A stretch of 64,000 bases of DNA, taken from sequence record MT995927.1, one strand, 5' to 3'. The position numbers were made by a program, and so were the translations under genes. The notes under the pieces were generated by a model. The model ran no database searches. It was not told the DNA's origin and worked only from the letters and a program-made list of their open reading frames with translations. This document shows, piece by piece, positions 9,937 through 19,791 of this stretch (its first letter is position 1; each line of letters begins with the position of its first letter).

Positions 9937-10589
9937 TGGCAATGACAGCTATTGTCGGTAGTCGCTATGCCCCTACATGGGCCCTAGAATTGATGATACG
10001 CGCAGGAAGAACATTTGTTGATCTAGGTATAGGTATTTCATCAGGCGATGCATATGGATCAGATAGAGCTGGTTGGTATGGTGCAATTCAGTCTGATAAA
10101 TGGGATACAGTAGAAAGTCGTATTTACATTATTCGAAATGGATTTCTTGGAAGACGAATTGAGAATCTAGCGTGGTTTCATGATGCCTCCGTATATACTG
10201 ATACCATTCCCACAGCTATGGCAATGGCCTGTGCAGCTCGGGGAAGTTTCAATGGTTTAGGTAGAACAGGTATTGAACTACATACTCGTAATGTATTTCA
10301 AATTCATGGCCATACTTTACGTGAACCTGTTTCAACTATTATTGCATACGGTGAACAAAAGACACCAACCTCTGTAATTAGTGGTGGTACTAATACAGCG
10401 TGGCAGTTGGCATTAGATGCAAATGTGCCAACTATGTATAACCTATACTGGTCCGATGATGTAAAGAGACTAGAAGAATGGTTAAATAAAAATGAATCTG
10501 ATGAGCCATATATGCCAATTGATTGGTCTGAAATCTTAGATCCTAGAGATAGCCGTCTACCTGAATTGATGGATGAATATAATAATTAA
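9936..10589 (+). CDS. DprA/Smf-like (SLOG superfamily) protein
   Basis: IVGSR, ISSGDAYGSD and SGGTNTA..A motifs. Confidence 0.7.
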   Translation: MAMTAIVGSRYAPTWALELMIRAGRTFVDLGIGISSGDAYGSDRAGWYGAIQSDKWDTVESRIYIIRNGFLGRRIENLAWFHDASVYTDTIPTAMAMACAARGSFNGLGRTGIELHTRNVFQIHGHTLREPVSTIIAYGEQKTPTSVISGGTNTAWQLALDANVPTMYNLYWSDDVKRLEEWLNKNESDEPYMPIDWSEILDPRDSRLPELMDEYNN

Positions 10590-10623
10590 TTTTCTCAAAT
10601 GAATTAGTTATAATAGCCAAAAT

Positions 10624-10649
10624 AAACCCTCCTCTTAGTAGGAGGGTTT
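10624..10649 (+). terminator. intrinsic terminator
   Basis: AAACCCTCCT-CTTAGT-AGGAGGGTTT. Confidence 0.8.
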
Positions 10650-10692
10650 ATATCGTCTCAAATTAGATTATCAATTAGAAAAGGAACATCAA

Positions 10693-11793
10693 ATGAATTA
10701 TCGTAATAGCAAACTTACGTTAGTCCAGCAGAAGTGGATTGATCGTTTTATCTCCATTGCTATGGAGGTTGATAATGGCCGTGCAATTTCCAATGCATAT
10801 CGCTATACTCTTAATGAACAGGGAATTAGTTCAGATAGTGAAGATCTACGTATTCACTATCCTTTTGGAGTTGATAGAAAAGAATTCATCAAAGAACAAA
10901 TTTACAAACTATGTGATGAAGTTATAAGCCCTTTAAATCTGAAAGCATTCAGAATTAGTGGTGGTTTTGCATTACTAGATGATGAAGGAATCATTGGTTT
11001 CCTAATGAATGGAATGGAAGGTACCACTAGTCAGAACTTTAGATTATACTCCAATGAAGAACTGATCAAAGTATTTAAATTACGTTTTGAAGAAGTATTT
11101 GATCAGACTCGTCCACCTAGTATTAAAAGAATTCGGGTTAACTATCAAAATAATGAACTATATAGCTTTAGTGAAGTTATTTCTGTTCGTAACTACAATC
11201 CAAATATGATGGAAATGTATCCATTCCTAGATCGATCTCCAGCTGAAATCTGGACTGAATTCGCTGCATCTGAATCTAATGTTCTACTATTGATTGGTCC
11301 TCCTGGTACTGGTAAGTCTAATTATATCAATGAAATTATTCGGGCTCGTGGTTATAATGATCGTAATGTGTATCTAGCTGATCAAGATGATGTACTTGGC
11401 CACGCCGGTTTGACTAATTTTATTCGTGGTGTTGAGGATAATTCACTCATTATTACAGAAGACTCTGATAAAATGGTGGCTAAACGTGTAGATGGTAATA
11501 GTAATATGTCAGGGCTATTAAATGCTACAGCTGGTCTAGTATCTACTAAGACCAAGATTATCATTTCTACTAATCTTCCGACTCTTCGTGATGTTGATGA
11601 AGCTTTAGTTCGACCTGGCCGTGCTTTCGATATTCTTACCTTCAAAACACTTACTGCTGAACAAGCGAATGCAGCTCGTTTAGCTAATGGTCTAGATCCA
11701 GTTGAGTTTGTCGGTAATAATCTTACTTTAGCTGAAGCATTGAATACTAGTTCTTGCAGTAGCCCACGCAAAGCAAGTCGTGTAGGTTTCTAA
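10693..11793 (+). CDS. AAA+ ATPase (classic clade)
   Basis: GPPGTGKS, Walker B IITEDSD, sensor ISTN, Arg finger ALVRPGR. Confidence 0.9.
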   Translation: MNYRNSKLTLVQQKWIDRFISIAMEVDNGRAISNAYRYTLNEQGISSDSEDLRIHYPFGVDRKEFIKEQIYKLCDEVISPLNLKAFRISGGFALLDDEGIIGFLMNGMEGTTSQNFRLYSNEELIKVFKLRFEEVFDQTRPPSIKRIRVNYQNNELYSFSEVISVRNYNPNMMEMYPFLDRSPAEIWTEFAASESNVLLLIGPPGTGKSNYINEIIRARGYNDRNVYLADQDDVLGHAGLTNFIRGVEDNSLIITEDSDKMVAKRVDGNSNMSGLLNATAGLVSTKTKIIISTNLPTLRDVDEALVRPGRAFDILTFKTLTAEQANAARLANGLDPVEFVGNNLTLAEALNTSSCSSPRKASRVGF

Positions 11794-11900
11794 GGAAAAG
11801 TAAGCTGCTTTTAAACTAGCGAAGAAACATGAATTCCAACGTGTTATTTATAATCCTGATGACCTTAAAGTAAAGCATTATTTCACATACGGAGATCAGC

Positions 11901-12503
11901 ATGCAGCGCAATAATGACCCGCAGCAAGTAATCATGTCGATTGAGATGTACAATAGCCTACTGGCTATGGCTAATGATTCACCTCATTACACGACAAAAC
12001 TTATCCAACGTCACGTGCGAAAGATGAATCCTTTTTTACAACCTGCACATCTAAAGAATGTCAGAACTAAGGAAGCTATTCGGTCCCAACGTATTCGTGA
12101 AGCTCGGGCTTTCTTCGAAGCCAATCATAGAAAAATTCTGTACGCAAAGGTTGATATGGGTAACTGTAAAAAAGGAGATGATCCGGTTTACTTCCCATGC
12201 ATATCTGAACGTATTGCCAAGAATAGACAACTAATCCAAGTTCGTCATGCCAATGAAGTTAGTTATGGACGGTGCATCCGGTTGGTAGAGGCTAAATATC
12301 TCACAACCATTATTCCTGATGGATATATCCAAGGAACTGGGCCGTATAAAAAATATCTTGTTAAAGAGAATGGTCCTTACGATATCCGTGAACAAGAAGA
12401 AAAACGTAAACAAGCTTTTTCGAGTGAGATAGCTAAGAAGTTTGAGTTCAAACATGATTCTTACGATATGGATAATCTCAAAAAGAATTATTATACACAA
12501 TGA
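11901..12503 (+). CDS. hypothetical protein, paralogue of 37729..38112
   Basis: Shared N-terminal ~70 aa pattern. Confidence 0.75.
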   Translation: MQRNNDPQQVIMSIEMYNSLLAMANDSPHYTTKLIQRHVRKMNPFLQPAHLKNVRTKEAIRSQRIREARAFFEANHRKILYAKVDMGNCKKGDDPVYFPCISERIAKNRQLIQVRHANEVSYGRCIRLVEAKYLTTIIPDGYIQGTGPYKKYLVKENGPYDIREQEEKRKQAFSSEIAKKFEFKHDSYDMDNLKKNYYTQ

Positions 12504-12594
12504 GATTAGTATAAATGGACATTAGTTTATCTCCAGTATGAGTATTCCAACTTCTTAAATATTACTAAAGAGCAGACTATGAATATATCAGTGT

Positions 12595-12963
12595 TTGCTC
12601 TTTGGAGGTAATTACTCTGGAGCATCTAATATGTGTGCAATTCCTGTAATACCTGTATCAAATGACATCACTGTTATTAAGCCAGGTGATACAGTTTGGT
12701 CAACAGGTGTTCTCGGTATGAAAGCATCCTGTGAGCATCCACCAGCGCTATTCTGTATACGGGGTGATGAACTTGAAGTTCTAGAAATTAGCCCTCCCAC
12801 GGAATATGAGAAAAAAGCAATGTATAAGTGCCGCTTAAAAAGAGGCACTGGTCATTTCTGGATCTATCGTAGTGGGTTTACTAAAATAAAGCCATTTAAT
12901 CACAATATGACTGGTTATGAGTTTTGGGATGGTGAGAAAATTAGAGAATATGGTGGGCATTAG
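12595..12963 (+). CDS. SH3-like small beta-barrel protein (paralogue family)
   Basis: KPGDTV...GDELEV pattern shared with 46351, 46662, 48739. Confidence 0.6.
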   Translation: MLFGGNYSGASNMCAIPVIPVSNDITVIKPGDTVWSTGVLGMKASCEHPPALFCIRGDELEVLEISPPTEYEKKAMYKCRLKRGTGHFWIYRSGFTKIKPFNHNMTGYEFWDGEKIREYGGH

Positions 12964-12974
12964 AGTAAAAGAAA

Positions 12975-13100
12975 ATGGCTAGCGAAAATAATAAATCAGA
13001 CATGCAACATGAACAAGAAGAACCACCCATATTCAAAATGCTTTTTCTAAGTGCAGTTATAGGTGGATCATTATGGGAAATAATTAGACAGTGGTTTTAG
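12975..13100 (+). CDS. 41 aa single-TM micropeptide
   Basis: MASENNK...MLFLSAVIGGSLWEIIRQWF read by hand. Confidence 0.55.
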   Translation: MASENNKSDMQHEQEEPPIFKMLFLSAVIGGSLWEIIRQWF

Positions 13101-13134
13101 CCACTGTCTTTATAATGTATTTTGAGTTATAAAA

Positions 13135-13299
13135 ATGTCCATAGAAAAAGCCTATTCCAATTTAATAGCTTCAATTAAAACAGTTAGAAAACATTTTCCT
13201 AAATTAATTCAAGAGAAGAATTTAGATGAGGAATTACGACGGGAGTTTACGACTCCTATTCAATTCGACCCGACTAAGAAATCGGGAAACTCCTTTTGA
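13135..13299 (+). CDS. 54 aa hypothetical protein
   Basis: MSIEKAYSNL...GNSF read by hand; GAG SD. Confidence 0.5.
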   Translation: MSIEKAYSNLIASIKTVRKHFPKLIQEKNLDEELRREFTTPIQFDPTKKSGNSF

Positions 13300-13315
13300 T
13301 AACGAACAGTCAGAA

Positions 13316-13483
13316 ATGGATAAGTTAAAACCAATCGATGACTTTTGGAAAACTAAAACAATTAAACCATCAGATGCTTATTTAGAAAGAAAGAATGAGC
13401 AACTAAAGATGATTAATCCGCATAAAGTTTATAATCCATTCAATGAAAAAGATACGGTATTAAAACCTATTTCTAAATTATAA
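13316..13483 (+). CDS. small hypothetical protein
   Basis: 3' part of track ORF 13226..13483; start moved to the ATG at 13316. Confidence 0.55.
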   Translation: MDKLKPIDDFWKTKTIKPSDAYLERKNEQLKMINPHKVYNPFNEKDTVLKPISKL

Positions 13484-13495
13484 AAAGGATTTACT

Positions 13496-13915
13496 ATGAA
13501 ACAAGATCATCAATTCTGGCATGATAAACCATTTTCAGAAAATGAAGTTAGGAAGAAACTTGGCGGATCGTCATTATCCAAACTAAGTACAGAACAGATT
13601 TTAGAAGAGTGGCGAACAGAACATATTGAACGTAATACTCCTTTAAGTAAAAGGCTATATGACATTCGTAATAAAGCCATCAATGATTACTCACTTACTG
13701 ATAATCAACAAGTTAATAATTTGTTGCAATGTGCAGTGGATCAAGTCTTAGCAGATGTGATCATTATGTTAGATGGTTCAGTGCCACATAAGCAATTTCA
13801 AATTTCTGAATATGAAATTGAAATGGACAGTAAGGAATTATCGATTAAAGAACATACTCGTCCAATAACTGAAGATCTACTAAAAAATTATTTTGAATTG
13901 GTGAATGGCAAATGA
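13496..13915 (+). CDS. hypothetical protein
   Basis: 139 aa, AAGGA SD, ATGA overlap with the next gene. Confidence 0.8.
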   Translation: MKQDHQFWHDKPFSENEVRKKLGGSSLSKLSTEQILEEWRTEHIERNTPLSKRLYDIRNKAINDYSLTDNQQVNNLLQCAVDQVLADVIIMLDGSVPHKQFQISEYEIEMDSKELSIKEHTRPITEDLLKNYFELVNGK

Positions 13916-14256
13916 CTGAACGTATTCATTACTCAGATCGTAAGTTACCGCTGTGTTTTAAAGGTGTTTATGACATTCCAGTTGTAACCATCGAAAACTA
14001 TTGTAAGTGGTATGGTCTTAATATTGTCTATCCAGATGGGCGTGTTGAATGGGTTGACACTGATTTACTTGCTGAAATAGAACGGGAAAGCAAGTTCGCA
14101 GTAATGGGTGATCACAACTATCATCCAATTCTGCTGGACAAAGTAGCTGAGAAGATTGGCGGGGCGGCATGTGATGTTGCACGTGAGTTGATGACTGGCC
14201 GTTGGGTACTAGAGGTTATGGACGGTGAAATCCCTGGTCAAGAAAAATTCTGTTAA
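13912..14256 (+). CDS. hypothetical protein
   Basis: 114 aa, translationally coupled. Confidence 0.75.
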   Translation: MTERIHYSDRKLPLCFKGVYDIPVVTIENYCKWYGLNIVYPDGRVEWVDTDLLAEIERESKFAVMGDHNYHPILLDKVAEKIGGAACDVARELMTGRWVLEVMDGEIPGQEKFC

Positions 14257-14809
14257 ATGGATGATTAAAATGGGTATTGATGTTTTCCCTGTAGTTACCA
14301 AACGTTCCACACGTTCTTCAGATGGTGCACGTGTACTTAAATTCATTGACATGCATACATGCGAGGCTCTTAACTTTAGCCGTTGCTATTATCTTTGGGA
14401 TTGGTTAACCGATAATAATGAGTATACCAACCGATTCTGTCGACCGACTCTTAAAGGCTGTGGATTTGGTACACTCGTCAGTGATGACTCGCATCCAGTA
14501 TGGAACAACTTTGAAGGTCGCCTTTCACAAATTGTCAATTCCAAACAGGACAATCTAACACCGTACGCCTATTATAGTGAAGATGGTTGGTACCCACTTA
14601 CAATGATCTTCAATATGGAAGACCTCTGGAACTTCGATTATGATCAGAAGCCAACGATGTTCGATCAAGATGTTAATGGTGAAGTCATTTCGGAAAAAAC
14701 CTATCGCCAGCTATTTTTGAGCAATGGTGTGGATGATGGTTATTTCAAGTTCCTGGAAGAAACTAAAAAGATGGAGTGTGTTCACTTCATCGCCCGATTC
14801 TGGGGATGA
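14225..14809 (+). CDS. hypothetical protein (start uncertain)
   Basis: 194 aa ORF. Confidence 0.7.
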   Translation: MKSLVKKNSVKWMIKMGIDVFPVVTKRSTRSSDGARVLKFIDMHTCEALNFSRCYYLWDWLTDNNEYTNRFCRPTLKGCGFGTLVSDDSHPVWNNFEGRLSQIVNSKQDNLTPYAYYSEDGWYPLTMIFNMEDLWNFDYDQKPTMFDQDVNGEVISEKTYRQLFLSNGVDDGYFKFLEETKKMECVHFIARFWG

Positions 14810-14832
14810 TTACTTAACAGGAAAAGTTAAAA

Positions 14833-15402
14833 ATGGCTATTCTATCTGATAAAACAATCACTGACTTATCTAAAGGTCGTGAACCAATGATTACGGATTT
14901 CATTGGTCACCAGGTCCGTGAAAAAGATGGTAAAAAGATTATTAGTTATGGGCTTAGTTCATATGGGTACGATGTAAGGCTAGCCCGTAATTTTAAGATC
15001 TTTTCTAATGTAACAAGTGCAGTTATTGACCCATTAGACCCTAGTGATGGATTCTTAGTAGATTGGACTGGTGATTATTGTATTATTCCACCTAACAGTT
15101 ATATTCTTGGTCATACTGTAGAATCGTTTAATATTCCAGATGATGTCCTAGCTATTTGCACAGGTAAATCAACCTATGCACGACTAGGTGCAATTGTTAA
15201 TGTCACTCCTATTGAACCAGGTTTCAAAGGACAAGTCGTTATTGAGATTGCAAACTGCACTACACTACCTCTAAAAATTTATGCTGATATGGGTATTGCT
15301 CAGTTTATGTTCTTTAGAGGTGATGCCCCATGTGAAGTTAGTTATGCAAAACGTAATGGTAAATATCAAAATCAAATTGGTATCACAACAGCGAGACTTT
15401 AA
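14833..15402 (+). CDS. dcd: dCTP deaminase
   Basis: GLSSYGYDVRL, GKSTYARLG, TPIEPGFKG, KYQNQ motifs. Confidence 0.95.
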   Translation: MAILSDKTITDLSKGREPMITDFIGHQVREKDGKKIISYGLSSYGYDVRLARNFKIFSNVTSAVIDPLDPSDGFLVDWTGDYCIIPPNSYILGHTVESFNIPDDVLAICTGKSTYARLGAIVNVTPIEPGFKGQVVIEIANCTTLPLKIYADMGIAQFMFFRGDAPCEVSYAKRNGKYQNQIGITTARL

Positions 15403-15404
15403 TA

Positions 15405-15641
15405 ATGATTAGTCCTAACCAAGAAAAGTTTGTCAGTCGGCTAACTGAAATTACAAAGGCATCTGATTCAGAACTTTGTGCAGTTAATGATACAATCTCA
15501 TTTGATATTTCAACTGATAACATGCATGCTGAATTCTTTAATTTGGTTGCTGAACTGCATTTTAAGATTGTTCATATGTTTCCAATTAACCAATATAACA
15601 CTCGTTATCGGGTTGTTATTCATGAACCATTCTATCTATGA
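15405..15641 (+). CDS. hypothetical protein
   Basis: 78 aa, coupled to dcd. Confidence 0.7.
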   Translation: MISPNQEKFVSRLTEITKASDSELCAVNDTISFDISTDNMHAEFFNLVAELHFKIVHMFPINQYNTRYRVVIHEPFYL

Positions 15642-15663
15642 TTGACCAACATAGTGGTTTATA

Positions 15664-15702
15664 CATTTAAAGCATTTTAAACAGTATATCACAAATGTGA
15701 TA
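15664..15702 (+). promoter_or_regulatory. early promoter cassette, family A (TATATCAC variant)
   Basis: 37/39 identical to the copies at 42135 and 62831. Confidence 0.75.
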
Positions 15703-15731
15703 TAATCAACATATATAGGAGATTCTAATAC

Positions 15732-16208
15732 ATGTCACGCAATACTATTTCTTCCTGGAGTGAACTTGGTTCAATGCTGGGTGTACAGCCGAAGCCGGTT
15801 CAGAAGAAACAGAAAAATCGAGCTAAAAAGAATCATGAAGCTGCGGTTCGTAAAAATTCTAGGGAAACCTTTATGGACATTGCTGCAAAACAAACTAAAT
15901 CAAGTCCTAACTTCCGTAAGAACAAACAAAAAGATGTTCGTCATTGCAGTGTATGTGATAATATTAAACTAAAAGAAAATGGTATCGAAGAAGGGCGGGC
16001 CAAACCAATTGGTATGACCGAATTAGCTAAGTTCAAAGTTGAGCTAGCAAAAAATGGTCTTGAGCTATTCGGTTGTGAAGTACGTAAGCAAGAATCTTTT
16101 GCAGATGCATTTTATGGTAATAATACCATTTGTGAAGAAACTGCAAAGCTGATTAAAGCATACCAGGAAGAGTTTGATTCAGTCTTCCGTCGCGCTATTA
16201 CTGCCTAA
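15732..16208 (+). CDS. basic early protein with CxxC
   Basis: 158 aa, GGAG SD, K/R-rich, CSVC. Confidence 0.8.
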   Translation: MSRNTISSWSELGSMLGVQPKPVQKKQKNRAKKNHEAAVRKNSRETFMDIAAKQTKSSPNFRKNKQKDVRHCSVCDNIKLKENGIEEGRAKPIGMTELAKFKVELAKNGLELFGCEVRKQESFADAFYGNNTICEETAKLIKAYQEEFDSVFRRAITA

Positions 16209-16214
16209 CGATAT

Positions 16215-16235
16215 AGGGGACCTTCTGGTCCCCTT
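16215..16235 (+). terminator. intrinsic terminator
   Basis: AGGGGACC-TTCT-GGTCCCCT. Confidence 0.7.
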
Positions 16236-16265
16236 AGTCATTATTATTTTTTTTGGATTTTAGCT

Positions 16266-16457
16266 ATGGATGATATTGAAAAGAAAATAGCCAAAATGGA
16301 AGCTCTATTTAGGTACCATGGTATTACCGTTGATATTAACCATAAGTTGAAACCTAATGCTAAGACAAAATTAACTCGTGCGGAAATTAACCGATTACAA
16401 ATACAATATGATAAGCTTTTAGCTGAACGCGAAGAAGCTTTAAAAGCAATTCCTTAA
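16266..16457 (+). CDS. small coiled-coil hypothetical protein
   Basis: 63 aa. Confidence 0.65.
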   Translation: MDDIEKKIAKMEALFRYHGITVDINHKLKPNAKTKLTRAEINRLQIQYDKLLAEREEALKAIP

Positions 16458-16461
16458 ATTA

Positions 16462-16692
16462 TTGAGGATTTATAAAATGTTCAAGCGCGTTATGAGATAT
16501 ATTCGTGTTTTGAAATTAATTGTTATTTTCTATGTTAGGCGACAACTGGGTTTACACGATTATTGTACACGAAAAAATACAATTGCATTAGATCGTGAAA
16601 ATAATAAACGTGTTCAAATAAATGCTATTTCTCGTAAAGTCGAAGAAGCATTATTTAAAGTTGAACTAGTTGCGATAATGAGTAAGCGGTAA
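16462..16692 (+). CDS. small hypothetical protein (ATG start ~16477 likely)
   Basis: GAGG SD upstream of the internal ATG. Confidence 0.6.
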   Translation: MRIYKMFKRVMRYIRVLKLIVIFYVRRQLGLHDYCTRKNTIALDRENNKRVQINAISRKVEEALFKVELVAIMSKR

Positions 16693-16704
16693 TGTTGTCA
16701 TAAA

Positions 16705-16749
16705 GCCCTCCCTTCGGGGAGGGCTATTGCACTAAATTTTATTTGAGAT
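16705..16749 (+). repeat. 45-bp terminator + promoter cassette, copy 1
   Basis: Identical to 32690..32734; followed by TACATTAT. Confidence 0.9.
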
Positions 16750-16802
16750 CTACATTATAGATTAGCATATACTAATGGAAACATCTACATGAGGTAATTA
16801 TC

Positions 16803-17102
16803 GTGAACGAAGCTATTATTTCACTGGACCGCAGAGGAGCCCATCATTTAGGATCTCGCGGTTATCCAATTAGATCAATTGGAGATGTTACAGTATTTGA
16901 TTTGAATCATAATCAACTATATCCCAAAATCCATTCTCTTAAAGATCAAAATCATGATGGATGGCACTCCATTAGTGTTGATGATGAAAATGGAGTAACA
17001 GCGTATACGTTTGTTTTGAATATGGATCTTAATCTAGGATGGCTAAGACCTAAGCAGCCTAATGTTGGTGGTGGATATATCAAAATCAAATTTGAACAAT
17101 AA
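16803..17102 (+). CDS. hypothetical protein
   Basis: 99 aa, GAGG SD, GTG start. Confidence 0.75.
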   Translation: MNEAIISLDRRGAHHLGSRGYPIRSIGDVTVFDLNHNQLYPKIHSLKDQNHDGWHSISVDDENGVTAYTFVLNMDLNLGWLRPKQPNVGGGYIKIKFEQ

Positions 17103-17151
17103 GCGGTGTGTACACCGCTTTTATTCCGTGTTTATACTCAAAAGGTAATTT

Positions 17152-18285
17152 ATGATTATGTTTAAGTACTTAAAAAATGTTATTGATAGTTTTAACAAAC
17201 CAAAAAAGGTAGATACATTAGAACAAAAGATAGCTGATCTAAATGATAAATACATCAGAGAAAATGTAGATGTTGATAAAATTGATATTTTGTCAGGTTA
17301 CTTCACAGGAATGCTATCTGGTAAATTACATGATCGAAGTTTAGCATGGGGTTATTATACCAAAGAAACTAAGACATGGATGATTTATTTTGTTGAACAA
17401 AATTTTGATTCATTCATGTATAAAGTAACTAATAATTCATTAGATATTATTAATCTAACTGATATAGAAGATCTTAAATTATTCTATTTTTCTAATGAAC
17501 AATACTTACCTTTAAATACACCAATCAATAGTGATCTAAATGTGGCTGTAATTTTCACATCAAAATCACTCACTAAGGATTTCATTGATCCATCTTTAAT
17601 AGATCAAGTTAAATCAGTTAATAGTAATTACAAGATTGTGATGGATGGGTTATCTGATAATTCCAAATTTGATAGTAACCCAATAACTCTAATTGTAGAG
17701 TCTTATGAAGCAGATGGTGATATCGTCGTAGTTGAACTAACTAATGGTACAACTGTGGCCATCAATAGAAAACTACTTAATATGTTTATGTATCAGTCAA
17801 GAATAGTTGATACATGTAATAACTCAAAAGTGCTTATAGATTTCAATGGACGGCTAAAGTTCACACCTATGGAGAATCATTTAGGTGGTATAAATAGTGC
17901 AATGCATTATTGGTCAAGTAATGGAATTATCAAAATTAGGTGTGACTATAGTATCATATTAGATCTAGATAAGTTTCCAGAGATTGCTAATCATATTGGA
18001 AACTGGATACATATTGAAGCTAAGACAATTGCAAAAGTAATTGACTCGGTTGTGGTACCATACTTAACAAATGGGGAGCTTAGTACGCTCATTGTTGATT
18101 TAGATAATATCGATATTCAGTATCGTGGTTTAACATTATCTGGTAATATCAGCTTGCGTGATCGTTTAGATAAATGCAAAATCAAACTGATAAATCCATC
18201 AACTGATCCATATGAGATACCTAGTCTAAATGGTAAACGTGATGTCCATGGTTTTTATAGAGTAGATGGAAGTTTATTAAAATGA
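17152..18285 (+). CDS. hypothetical protein (377 aa)
   Basis: Long ORF, AAGG SD. Confidence 0.8.
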   Translation: MIMFKYLKNVIDSFNKPKKVDTLEQKIADLNDKYIRENVDVDKIDILSGYFTGMLSGKLHDRSLAWGYYTKETKTWMIYFVEQNFDSFMYKVTNNSLDIINLTDIEDLKLFYFSNEQYLPLNTPINSDLNVAVIFTSKSLTKDFIDPSLIDQVKSVNSNYKIVMDGLSDNSKFDSNPITLIVESYEADGDIVVVELTNGTTVAINRKLLNMFMYQSRIVDTCNNSKVLIDFNGRLKFTPMENHLGGINSAMHYWSSNGIIKIRCDYSIILDLDKFPEIANHIGNWIHIEAKTIAKVIDSVVVPYLTNGELSTLIVDLDNIDIQYRGLTLSGNISLRDRLDKCKIKLINPSTDPYEIPSLNGKRDVHGFYRVDGSLLK

Positions 18286-18752
18286 TTAAATTAGTGATTA
18301 GTCTTTTTTATAAAATAGTTAATGAAAAGATGTCTCCCACATATAAGAAATTAGTTACATTAGATAGAAATGGATACATTTTCAATAATAAACAAGATCT
18401 GTATTCGATTAATCTTTCACTCTATCTTGAACTCATTCATTCAGTGACGAATGACTATATTGTTCAAGAAATTATAATGTGTCTAAGTTCTAAGCCACAA
18501 GCAGTGAAAGAACTATTCCTTGAAGACCTAAGTACTAATAATCAACTACATTATTCATTGTTAGCTTGTAAAATAATGAATGAGAGGAAAATCATTAATA
18601 AGAATATTAATAAAGCGTGTGCTAAAAATATGGCTACTTTTTTAAAGGGTTATTTCCCAAGAGACTACTTCACTTGGTATAGTTGTCTCTATTTAGCCCT
18701 ATCGGCTAAAAATAAAGCTGAGAATAACAAAGTATCTGTTATTAATGAGTAA
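18282..18752 (+). CDS. hypothetical protein
   Basis: 156 aa, ATGA overlap. Confidence 0.7.
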   Translation: MIKLVISLFYKIVNEKMSPTYKKLVTLDRNGYIFNNKQDLYSINLSLYLELIHSVTNDYIVQEIIMCLSSKPQAVKELFLEDLSTNNQLHYSLLACKIMNERKIINKNINKACAKNMATFLKGYFPRDYFTWYSCLYLALSAKNKAENNKVSVINE

Positions 18753-18854
18753 ATACAATACTATGTAGTAGTATTTCTATTACGTACCTTTCGAGGCATA
18801 TACTCCATGACTTATGTTGTGGGGTATATGTGTTATAATGTTTAAGAGGTTAAA

Positions 18855-19202
18855 ATGCAAAAGCAACTAAATTCTGATGATCTAGATGTTCTTGACTCCT
18901 TTAATGCAGCATGGGAAATTGTTAAGGAAGAACATACTGATCTATTCTCACGTATAGCGATGATGGCTATTAATAAGTTAACTGATGATGATATCTCAGT
19001 CAATGATACTAAAGTAAGTATTCAACAAGTAGTTAATTTCCATGAGCGAATTCGAGATATCATTCCTAGCTCTGAGATTGTTAATCTTACGATTGTTAAA
19101 ACTATCTTAGGTGAAATGAATGGTTGGTTAGAATTTGATGAACTTAATGAAGAACTATTTACAGCTTTAGGCAAAGCTTATAGCACTGTTAACTTTAATT
19201 GA
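18855..19202 (+). CDS. hypothetical protein, possibly late-expressed
   Basis: 115 aa, GAGG SD, TATGTAG ~80 nt upstream. Confidence 0.75.
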   Translation: MQKQLNSDDLDVLDSFNAAWEIVKEEHTDLFSRIAMMAINKLTDDDISVNDTKVSIQQVVNFHERIRDIIPSSEIVNLTIVKTILGEMNGWLEFDELNEELFTALGKAYSTVNFN

Positions 19203-19270
19203 TCATTAATATGAAAATTAAAACAATATAAGTGAGGCATGTGCCTCACTACATAGTAGAGGACTGACAC

Positions 19271-19603
19271 ATGCAGATTCAATTAGATCCATTAATGGTT
19301 TACCATGGCAGCACTAGATCTTTATTTGATGAAGATTCTAGTTTAAATGTTGTCGATGTAAGAGGCATTCAATTAAATGCTGAAGGGATAGCTGATAATA
19401 AAAATTACTATTTTGATTATGGACGTAAGAAAGATGATGATGGTGAAATACTCACTATTTACGTACATGATCGAAATGCAGCTAAAGATTTTATTGTACT
19501 ATACGTTGAATTCCATTTAGATACACATAAATTTCATACGTATGTACATCCACAATATCGGCATAAATTTCCAGTATTAGTACTGGAATTATTATTTGTT
19601 TAA
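19271..19603 (+). CDS. hypothetical protein
   Basis: 110 aa, GAGG SD. Confidence 0.75.
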   Translation: MQIQLDPLMVYHGSTRSLFDEDSSLNVVDVRGIQLNAEGIADNKNYYFDYGRKKDDDGEILTIYVHDRNAAKDFIVLYVEFHLDTHKFHTYVHPQYRHKFPVLVLELLFV

Positions 19604-19791
19604 CATTAAGGGACTCTCATTAAGAGTCCCTATTTATTTTGCGTAAATACATGTATGAAAAAGAAAGCATTTATTGAAACTAGCCTAAAATATTCAAACA
19701 CCAAATATAACAAAGCGATTATCTGTAATGAAATAAAATTCAAACAGTACTAAACATACTAACCCTATGAATTAAAACGCACGGTGGTTGT

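Noticed and set aside
19271-19603. YHGS suggesting a third ART-fold protein
   Set aside because: No matching downstream aromatic strand or catalytic Glu motif
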